From Nitrospirota bacterium (GTDB lineage Bacteria > Nitrospirota > UBA9217): 23,064 bases of DNA. Under the pieces are notes generated by a model, which was given only the letters and a program-made list of their open reading frames with translations, did not search any database and was not told the DNA's origin. Both the position numbers and the translations under genes were made by a program. Positions within the stretch are counted from its first letter, which is position 1; each line of letters starts with the position of its first letter. The stretch lies in assembly GCA_029858565.1 (NCBI GenBank), contig JAOUEV010000054.1, forward strand, positions 1 to 23,064, in the 5' to 3' direction. Below are positions 17,048 through 23,064 of this stretch, one piece after another.

Positions 17048-17281
17048 TCAGAAAGAAAAGCGGAGTGTTCGGTTCACTATTGCTGCCGGCTGTTCCCGGA
17101 TATATATTAGCAAGTCAATCCACTGAAATCCATCCTCTTTTTTCGCCGTTTCCCGCAAGGGCGCCATGAGTCTGATGCAGCTCATGCCCCGGACCGCCTC
17201 GGACCTGAATGTATAGTACGCCGCTCCGGCCAGCTTGTGAGCGAGTGCGTTGTGCGCGGCCATGAAGCTGGTCTTCTGCAT
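17048..17281 (-). CDS. Possible small leaderless ORF (77 aa) upstream of the sensor operon
   Basis: ATG 6 nt after an extended -10 TGcTATAAT; stop 2 bp before the next start; no recognised domain. Confidence 0.3.
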   Translation of the reverse strand: MQKTSFMAAHNALAHKLAGAAYYTFRSEAVRGMSCIRLMAPLRETAKKEDGFQWIDLLIYIREQPAAIVNRTLRFSF

Positions 17282-17287
17282 TTTGCG

Positions 17288-17316
17288 ATTATAGCATGCC
17301 CGTGCCTGTTTGTAAC
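17288..17316 (-). promoter_or_regulatory. Sigma-70 extended -10 promoter for the sensor operon
   Basis: Minus strand GTTACA-N17-TATAAT with TGn extension. Confidence 0.55.
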
Positions 17317-17514
17317 TGCGTCGAGCATCAGGCAGGGTTCGGCCGCCTCGGTGCCTTCATATGATTATCAGGCCTACGTTCATGCCATGTGGCAACCAAG
17401 GAGATTGCCCCCATGGTTCCCGGTGGGTGACAGAGGAGAATCAAAGGAAAAAGCCCGGGACTCTTTTTGTTGAGAACACAAGCCGTCTCCGCGGCTGCTC
17501 CAGAGTCTACCAGT

Positions 17515-17530
17515 AAAGAACTGACCCTAT
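17515..17530 (+). repeat. Dispersed REP-like motif, copy 1
   Basis: AAAGAACTGACCCTAT; similar to copies at 19504, 20155, 20991 and 22726. Confidence 0.55.
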
Positions 17531-17547
17531 TTGTTCTTTCGTCGGTC

Positions 17548-18084
17548 TTACGGCGTACGCTCCTGCTTCGACAGCCGCAGGACCATGCCGTCGCCGAACG
17601 TGATATCGTCGATATGCACCGCTGCCTTGCTTCCACGCGAGACCACGTGGATATGGATGAAGTTCTGCATGCCCGAGTCTTCACTGATCGCCGGAGCATA
17701 CTGGCTGATGAACTCGCCGGGATGACTCTCGGCATGGAAGCCGACGATATCGACCGGCTCGTTCTTCATCACATAGCCCTGCTTGGACTTGCGGAACAAT
17801 TCCTTGGTGATGGTTTTTCCCTCGGTCCGGTTCACGTTGATATGCCATTTGATCTCGGCCGGCGTTCCGGTCATCAGGAACGGAAACGGCTTGGCCACGT
17901 CGATTCCCGCCTTCTGCGCCTGCTCCTTGACAAACTTCCGCAGGTCCACGTAGGTCTTTACCGTCGCGGGAACCGGCACGTCCTGCCAGGCCGACTGTTC
18001 GGTCCATACCAGGAAGATCGCATTGTGCTTGAGCGTCGTATCCACGGTAAAATCTTCGCCCCGCACCTTGCTGATTTGGATTAC
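17548..18084 (-). pseudogene. Alpha-acetolactate-decarboxylase-like protein, apparently 5'-truncated
   Basis: PFPFLMTG, IVGFHAESHPGEF, HIH-x10-HIDD metal motif; frame starts mid-domain (IQISKVRG) without RBS or ATG. Confidence 0.6.
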
Positions 18085-18111
18085 GGTATGAGTCGGGTAC
18101 TGCAGGACGTG

Positions 18112-18441
18112 TCAGGCTGAGGGCGGCTTCAGTATCTCTGCGGGATGCGCTTCCGCGAAATGAACGGCCAGGAACGACGCAAGCGCCTTTACCGCAGACA
18201 CCTGGATGCCGGGGCAAAGTCTCGCCGCGGTAAAGAGGAATTGCGGAAAACGGTGTGTAGTTGAACCGGAAAGCATGGGCCCCGGTGCCGTCGGCACGGG
18301 GCGGTGGCAGAGGCGCCTGAGCGGACAACCTTCGCACTTCGAAACCACGCTCGACTTACCGGCCGCCCCGAAGGGGCAGGTATTCTGGAGCATGAGCGAA
18401 AGAGCAAGACAGCAGGCGATAAACAGCAGCACTCGCTTCAT
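18112..18441 (-). CDS. Small exported Cys-containing protein (signal, CxxC, C-terminal PP), DUF2946/CutF-like architecture
   Basis: MKRVLLFIACCLALSLMLQNTCP signal-like start, KCEGCPL, terminal LKPPSA; promoter directly upstream. Confidence 0.6.
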   Translation of the reverse strand: MKRVLLFIACCLALSLMLQNTCPFGAAGKSSVVSKCEGCPLRRLCHRPVPTAPGPMLSGSTTHRFPQFLFTAARLCPGIQVSAVKALASFLAVHFAEAHPAEILKPPSA

Positions 18442-18448
18442 GCGTCAG

Positions 18449-18477
18449 ACTATAAGTCCGGCCTGAACAGGCGTCAA
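18449..18477 (-). promoter_or_regulatory. Sigma-70 promoter giving a leaderless transcript
   Basis: Minus strand TTGACG-N17-TATAGT-N7-ATG. Confidence 0.7.
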
Positions 18478-18628
18478 GGCTTGTATTCGATCTTACGTTG
18501 CATGCATTCCGTTGTGTAACCGTGAGTTGTCTTGGTCCGGCACGGCTGTGTTATGAGACCGCACAGTCCAGCATTCAATACCTGATAATCATATAAAGGG
18601 CACCTCCCCGTTCGTTTCGGGAAACCCC

Positions 18629-18659
18629 TTGACCTGTCTACAGCTTCATAGTTTAGAGT
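18629..18659 (+). promoter_or_regulatory. MerR-type promoter with 19-bp spacer
   Basis: TTGACC-N19-TAGAGT upstream of the MerR-family start; weak dyad in the spacer. Confidence 0.6.
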
Positions 18660-18684
18660 ATACTCGTGAGAAGGGAGGTGAACC

Positions 18685-18879
18685 ATGTACACCGTGGGCA
18701 GCCTGGCCAGGTCCTTTGGTCTTTCCCGCAGCACCCTGCTGTACTACGATTCCATCGGACTGTGCAAGCCCTCAGGCAGGAGCGCTGCCAATTACCGGAC
18801 CTACACCGAGAACGACCGGGCGCGTTGCCGTTGCTGCACTCGGGATCGAACGAAGCCGGATCAACGCCATTCTCAATGA
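18685..18879 (+). pseudogene. MerR-family regulator, N-terminal HTH only (truncated after about 47 aa)
   Basis: MYTVGSLARSFGLSRSTLLYYDSIGL.KPSGRSAANYRTY; strong GGAGGTG RBS; similarity lost near 18825, no effector domain. Confidence 0.8.
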
Positions 18880-19375
18880 CCTGGAGCGCCACCTGACATT
18901 CCTGTACCGCCACAAGAACGGCAGGGTCGCCTGGGCCTACCCGGTGACGGTGGACGAAACGCCCCACCGGCTTAAGTTCAGTGCCGGCGAGGAGGTGTAC
19001 GCTGCCTGAGCAGCGGATGCCTTTGCCACGCCCTTCGTGCAAGGGCGCTTACGCAATGAAACCCTGAGCGTCAGGGTCAAAAGCTCCTGCGCTCACTGCG
19101 GTAAACCGATCGAGCTCACCATCGACAGCGACCTGAACTGCACAGTCCATGATCCGGAGGCTCGTCCCCTCGTGTTCGTGCCTGACGTGGACCTGCTCAC
19201 GCTGCGCGAAGAGAATATCATCAATGCATTTTGAAGAAAGACCGTATTCTTCTGTTCAGAAGAATGCGCAAGAGAATACAGAAAAAAGGGTCATACGACA
19301 AGGGGCATCTATTTGTTGCCTGAGGAGATGAAGGCGATCAAGGTGATGCAGAGCGTCCTGTTCGGTTTCGAGTAA
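18824..19375 (+). CDS. merB: MerB-like organometallic lyase with two in-frame UGA (putative selenocysteines); 5' end appears missing
   Basis: One frame: ..WAYPVTVDETPHRL..VYAA(UGA 19007)AADA..SSCAHCGKPIEL..IINAF(UGA 19232)RKTVFFCSEECAREY..FGFE TAA 19375; UGAs match MerB YAWCAxD and SFCxxVHFF cysteines. Confidence 0.8.
19029..19047 (+). promoter_or_regulatory. SECIS-like hairpin for UGA 19007-19009
   Basis: CGCCCTT-cgtgc-AAGGGCG, perfect 7-bp stem, G at loop position 2. Confidence 0.6.
19243..19268 (+). promoter_or_regulatory. SECIS-like hairpin for UGA 19232-19234
   Basis: CGTATTCTTCT-gttc-AGAAGAATGCG, 11-bp stem with one GU; loop starts with G about 20 nt after UGA. Confidence 0.65.
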
Positions 19376-19443
19376 TGCGAGACTCCGGTTTGTTGACAAA
19401 CTCGCTTCGGAGCGGGTCGTGGGGAGATGAGGGAGTTGTAAAG

Positions 19444-19475
19444 ATAAAGGCCCGGGATATTTCCGGGCCTTTATT
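19444..19475. terminator. Bidirectional terminator between converging genes
   Basis: ATAAAGGCCCGG-gatattt-CCGGGCCTTTAT; lies after TAA 19375, consistent with the read-through gene end. Confidence 0.8.
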
Positions 19476-19503
19476 GTTGAGAAAACATGTGTTGTCAAGC
19501 CGC

Positions 19504-19518
19504 AAGACCTAACCCTAT
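19504..19518 (+). repeat. Dispersed REP-like motif, copy 2
   Basis: AAGACCTAACCCTAT. Confidence 0.5.
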
Positions 19519-19588
19519 TTGTTTTGTAACGGATGCGCCGGTGTCCGTGAAAACAGATGAACGCCGAGACTTGCTGCGCGACGCCTCG

Positions 19589-19909
19589 TTATTCACCGTA
19601 CACAGTAACCGTGTATTTGCCAAAGAGCGCAAGGCAGGAGAAGCTCGAATTATCAACATGGTGGATCTTCGTTATCTTGGCGGCGCTGGCGATCGTGTTG
19701 ATGCTGCAATCGCCGATCGCCAGCAGGCCGAGGATCGAGGTGCAGGAACCGCTCCCGGATTTGGTCGAGACCGCATTTGACGTTGCGGATCCGGCCCAAT
19801 CAACATTGGTGTAGAGACCGCCGGCCACCGGCGATGCAACAATGCTACAACCCGACAACAGCACAACCGCTACCGCGACAACTGCCAGAACTGCGATGAT
19901 CCTTTTCAT
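19589..19909 (-). CDS. TRL-like family lipoprotein
   Basis: Lipobox LSGC; GGLYTNV, KSGSGSCTSILGLLAIGDCSI, ITKIHHVD, TVYGE; AAAGGAG RBS. Confidence 0.88.
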   Translation of the reverse strand: MKRIIAVLAVVAVAVVLLSGCSIVASPVAGGLYTNVDWAGSATSNAVSTKSGSGSCTSILGLLAIGDCSINTIASAAKITKIHHVDNSSFSCLALFGKYTVTVYGE

Positions 19910-19975
19910 ACGCTTTCTCCTTTGCTGGTTTCATGATGATCCGGCTCCGGCCGGGTCCGTCTGGAATGTCGATCA

Positions 19976-20004
19976 AGGATATACATTTTTCCGAACATTG
20001 TCAA
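19976..20004 (-). promoter_or_regulatory. Sigma-70 promoter of the TRL-like gene
   Basis: Minus strand TTGACA-N17-TATCCT. Confidence 0.65.
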
Positions 20005-20032
20005 GCTGATGACAATCGGCTGATGACAATCG
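20005..20032. repeat. 14-bp tandem duplication abutting the -35 box
   Basis: GCTGATGACAATCG x2; also forms inverted ATTGTCA-N6-TGACAAT over the -35. Confidence 0.8.
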
Positions 20033-20154
20033 GTCCAGAGTCAGAAAAAACTCCCCGGCAGGGGCCTTGTCGCCTCCCTGAGATCGGGCGCTCCTCACAG
20101 CGACATCATTCTCCCCTGACCGGTTCGGGAAAACATACCGGGCACCAGGTCTCC

Positions 20155-20170
20155 AAGAGCTGACCCTATG
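20155..20170 (+). repeat. Dispersed REP-like motif, copy 3
   Basis: AAGAGCTGACCCTATG. Confidence 0.55.
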
Positions 20171-20196
20171 AGGTTCCCTTCAATACCCGCCCGAGG

Positions 20197-20748
20197 TCAC
20201 AGGTTCCGGGCAACCGCTTCCGCAAGAACGATGATGTCCTCACTGCAAAAGATTCCCGTAACGTTCCGGTCGAACAGAAGGTTAGCGTCCGGTCCGAATT
20301 CGTCGTCTGCCGTCCAAAGCTCGATCAATGCAGGTACGCCTTCGAACACCTCGACAACGATCGCCGCATCCGCCTGGACAAGCTTCCTGCCGGGCGCTCT
20401 TTCCAAAACACGGTAGATGCCCTGGGGATCGCAACCGTACTTGTCGACCAGGACCGCGATAGCCTGCTTCTTGAACGCATTATCAAAGCCCGTTGCCACG
20501 GAAAGTTCGCTCAGACTGAGCCACGCCCCGGTCTGCGGCGGCAAGCCTGACGCTCTGCGGGCAAGGTAGTGGAGGATCAACAGGCCAAGCCCGTCCTCGG
20601 CCGAAGCTCCTGTTGACGGGTTCACGATGCTCCTGGTATCGAGATCGACCAGGTACTCGTGGGAAAGAAAACGAACAGACAGCCTTTTCAGCGGGTTTGA
20701 TTCGCCGAGAAGGTCCCATGCTTTCTTGAGTGCCGCTTCAGGGTTCAT
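20197..20748 (-). CDS. DUF3786-family protein
   Basis: LLILHYL, WLSLSEL, ELWTADDEFGPDANLLFD, SEDI; preceded by ATGACG-N17-TAGTAT-N6-ATG (leaderless geometry). Confidence 0.85.
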   Translation of the reverse strand: MNPEAALKKAWDLLGESNPLKRLSVRFLSHEYLVDLDTRSIVNPSTGASAEDGLGLLILHYLARRASGLPPQTGAWLSLSELSVATGFDNAFKKQAIAVLVDKYGCDPQGIYRVLERAPGRKLVQADAAIVVEVFEGVPALIELWTADDEFGPDANLLFDRNVTGIFCSEDIIVLAEAVARNL

Positions 20749-20874
20749 GTCGTCATACTACACTATTTCAAGGTGTACGTCATGGAATGCGATCCGGAGC
20801 AGTTCGAGCACGGGAACGGAGAGTACGAATGCGAGCACTACGGTAAGCGGCGCGGTGGTTTCCGGTGAAAAAAG

Positions 20875-20901
20875 AAAAGCCCGAAACAGTCTCGGGCTTT
20901 T
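20875..20901 (-). terminator. Intrinsic terminator with no obvious upstream gene
   Basis: AAAAGCCCGA-aacagtc-TCGGGCTTTT; long U-tract on the minus strand. Confidence 0.7.
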
Positions 20902-20975
20902 ACTGCATCTACCTCAAATATCAATATGTAAGCCTGCCCCGCGACCGTCCCTCCGAAAATGAGTGCCCCCATAGG

Positions 20976-21004
20976 GCCGACACCAATTCAATAGACGTGA
21001 CCCC
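20976..21004 (+). repeat. REP-like/RAYT-end sequence, inverted copy of 22730-22761
   Basis: GCCGACACCAATTCAATAGACGTGACCCC vs minus-strand GTCAACACCAATACAATAGACCTG(TATG)ACCC. Confidence 0.7.
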
Positions 21005-21103
21005 AAGAAGTTGAAGAGTGAACAGGATAAAAATAGTACAATGTATGCGAAACAATCTGCACGATAAGCGGCAGGAACGATGATAGATAGTTCTGGGAAA
21101 TAT

Positions 21104-21132
21104 TTGACATTGAGTATAATTTATAGTAGTCT
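21104..21132 (+). promoter_or_regulatory. Sigma-70 promoter in AT-rich region
   Basis: TTGACA-N17-TAGTCT. Confidence 0.55.
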
Positions 21133-21336
21133 CTTCTCAATATAGTTTGTATTCCGTTTTTGCTGCATCACTCGCCTGCTGATTAGTGTCGCGCTTCATT
21201 TTGTAGATAAAGATTTAAAGTTCTTCATTATGCATATATGTGCATGCGCTCATGTACGGAGGCGACGTGAGCGGTAATGCGCCCTGCAGTCTGCCCGAAA
21301 ACAACGGTAATGGTCACGAAAAAAAAGGAGGAAAAC

Positions 21337-22176
21337 ATGAACACGTTGACATCCCGTTTTTTAGCGCTTGTATGCATTGTGATTTTCAGTGTTTCTCACG
21401 CATGGGCCAAGGATACGCTCGTTATGGGCGTTCATCCGTATAAGCCGGCTACGGAACTTTATAAGATATTCAAGCCCATTGCGGATTATCTTTCGCAAAA
21501 AACGGGCAAAACGGTTGATCTCCAGATCGCGCAGTCCTACGAAGACGCGGCGGAAAAGGCGGGAAACGGAAAGTTTGACTTATCCTATATGGGCCCTACG
21601 GTCTATGCAAAGGAGAGTAAACACCTGCAGCTCAAACCGCTCGTCCAGATCATAAACAATGGTAAGCCGTCATTCCACGGCGTCATCATCGTCAAACAGG
21701 GAAGCGGACTGAAATCACTCAAGCAGCTCAAGGGAAAGTCGTTCGTGTTCGGCGAAAAGAACTCCACGCTTACTCATGTGGTGCCCCTCTATCTGCTCCT
21801 CAATGAAGGCATTCACCTGCGGGATCTCACAAAGCATGCATTCGTGGGAAGCCATGACAACGTGGCGCTTAATGTCAAGACCGGCTCGTTCGATGCGGGC
21901 GGGCTTATGCCCGATATCGCGGAAAAGTACAAGGATCAGGGGATCGAAATAATAGCGAAATCTCCCGAACTTCCCGAGCATGTTTTCGTTGCGACCAAAT
22001 CCATGGATGCGGCGACCTTCAACAGGATTCAGGAAACGCTCCTAACCATGGACCTGGCTACTCTCAAGGGAATCAAACCTACCCTTACCGGAACTCAAAA
22101 AGTGAATGACAAGGATTTCGATATCCTTCGGACCATCATGCAGATGGTGGAAAAGGAAATGGATCGGAAAGACTGA
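21337..22176 (+). CDS. Solo PhnD-like periplasmic substrate-binding protein
   Basis: Signal ending AWA; KPIADYLSQKTG, FHGVIIVK, LKGKSFVFGEKNSTLTHVVP, GSHDNVALNVKTGSFDAG; start moved to ATG 21337 after AAGGAGG. Confidence 0.9.
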   Translation: MNTLTSRFLALVCIVIFSVSHAWAKDTLVMGVHPYKPATELYKIFKPIADYLSQKTGKTVDLQIAQSYEDAAEKAGNGKFDLSYMGPTVYAKESKHLQLKPLVQIINNGKPSFHGVIIVKQGSGLKSLKQLKGKSFVFGEKNSTLTHVVPLYLLLNEGIHLRDLTKHAFVGSHDNVALNVKTGSFDAGGLMPDIAEKYKDQGIEIIAKSPELPEHVFVATKSMDAATFNRIQETLLTMDLATLKGIKPTLTGTQKVNDKDFDILRTIMQMVEKEMDRKD

Positions 22177-22276
22177 CAGGACTTCTGCTGAACAGTCAGT
22201 CCTGCAGCGAGGATGCCGAACGAACCAATCCTGTCCCAGGGTCGCACCGCAGCATGTGGGACGTTGTTACGAAACC

Positions 22277-22305
22277 ATGACATTCCCATCGTGGTTTGCT
22301 ATCCT
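22277..22305 (+). promoter_or_regulatory. Extended -10 promoter giving a leaderless transposase mRNA
   Basis: ATGACA-N17-TATCCT (TGn extension)-N6-ATG. Confidence 0.6.
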
Positions 22306-22311
22306 CGCCCC

Positions 22312-22704
22312 ATGCCCCGCAAGCCCCGCATCGAATTCGCCGGCGCCTTCTACCACGTCATCGTCCGCGGCAACCAGAAACAGCGCGTATTCAAGGATGC
22401 TGCGGATTTCCAGAAGTACCTCCTCACCCTCACCGTGTACAAGAACCGCGCCGGCTGCCGCATCTACGCCTATGTCCTCATGAACAACCATGTCCATCTG
22501 CTGGTCGAGACCCAGGACGTCCCCTTGTCAAAAGTCATGCAGGGCGTGAATCAGACCTATACCATGTATTTCAACCGGAAATACCGCACTGTTGGCCATC
22601 TTTTCCAGGGGCGCTACAAAGCGATTCTCTGTGATCGAGACGCCTATCTCCTCGGGCTCGTCAAATATATTCACGAGAATCCCCTCCGCGCCAGAACTAC
22701 ATAG
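22312..22704 (+). mobile_element. rayT: REP-associated tyrosine transposase (Y1/HUH), C-terminally truncated
   Basis: MPRKPR..YHVIVRGN, AYVLMNNHVHLL (HUH), GHLFQGRYKA, KYIHENP; stops abruptly at the TACATAG repeats. Confidence 0.88.
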
Positions 22705-22761
22705 TACATAGTAGTACATAGAGTACATAGGGTCATACAGGTCTATTGTATTGGTGTTGAC
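22698..22761. repeat. Stuttered TACATAG repeats plus REP-like end at the junction of two RAYT genes
   Basis: TACATAG-TACATAG-TAG-TACATAG-AG-TACATAG-GGTCA-TACA-GGTCTATTGTATTGGTGTTGAC. Confidence 0.8.
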
Positions 22762-23064
22762 TGCTCTTTCTCATAATATTGCACACCGTTGAGACGTGCA
22801 GGTCGAGATGACGGGCGATCTCGCTCTGGCGGTACCCGTGCTGCGTAACAGCCTCGGCGATCTTCTTGTCGCGTCTGCCGGTATCGTCAAGAACACGCTG
22901 AGGGAAGATCGCATCGAGTGTTGGCCTGTTGGCGAAGCGCTGGCTTTTGGGGATCTCGGGGATGTGGTGCCGTTTATGGAGATGGTCCGCGTGGCTGTCA
23001 ATAAATTCGTCATCACCAAGGAGAATCTGGCCTTTGACATCCGTCCAGATGGTTTCCTTGTTGA
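22733..23064 (-). mobile_element. rayT: 3' end of a second RAYT-type transposase with C-terminal HTH (partial, runs off window; absent from ORF track)
   Basis: Open frame from 23062: ..IWTDVKGQILLGDDEFI..EIPKSQRFANRPTL..RDKKIAEAVTQHGYRQSEIARHLDLHVSTVCNIM..RPV-TGA. Confidence 0.75.

Noticed and set aside
17291-17308. Sigma-54-like GGCACG...TGCT on the minus strand
   Set aside because: GG-to-GC spacing is 9, not 10; better explained as an extended -10 sigma-70 promoter
18067-18114. In-frame TGA between the CxxC leader and the ALDC-like frame as a possible third Sec or readthrough
   Set aside because: No Cys-equivalent motif context and no convincing hairpin after the UGA; frame match is likely chance
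21140-21330. Possible riboswitch in the long leader of the PhnD-like gene (CGCTCATGT..ACGTGAGCG hairpin)
   Set aside because: No recognisable Moco, c-di-GMP, SAM or cobalamin consensus; an Rfam scan is needed
22698-22730. TACATAG repeats or the dispersed motifs as a CRISPR array or integron attC sites
   Set aside because: No regular repeat-spacer period, no cas or intI gene, no RYYYAAC..GTTRRRY boxes seen
22771-23040. 89-aa minus-strand ORF from the track
   Set aside because: Wrong frame; the overlapping frame ending at 22733 encodes a recognisable RAYT C-terminus with HTH

Overview
GC-rich window, probably from an anaerobic Nitrospirota or Desulfobacterota-like genome (inferred from gene content). 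Left part (285-17045, all minus strand): a tandem PhnD-like binding lipoprotein, a histidine kinase with a Cys-rich two-CW insert, and a sigma-54 activator. These precede a readable sigma-54 promoter (two palindromic UAS, an IHF site, -24/-12). The promoter appears to drive a split TauE/SafE transporter, a PsrA/PhsA-like molybdopterin oxidoreductase with no Tat signal plus its FeS subunit and no membrane anchor, a small hypothetical, a CBS protein, a HydC/HydB/HydA-N-terminus (NuoEFG-like) module with no catalytic site of its own, FmdE, an MCP and a MoeA-like protein. Together this suggests a cytoplasmic, possibly electron-bifurcating, sulfur-oxyanion oxidoreductase system. Right part (17.3-23 kb): unrelated single-gene modules, several truncated or leaderless, separated by a dispersed AGANCTGACCCTAT-like motif and ending in two converging REP-associated tyrosine transposase genes. 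It includes a MerB-like lyase that the ORF track breaks up: two in-frame UGA codons fall at the catalytic-Cys positions and each is followed by a SECIS-like hairpin, suggesting a double selenoprotein. It is joined out of frame to a truncated MerR-family gene.
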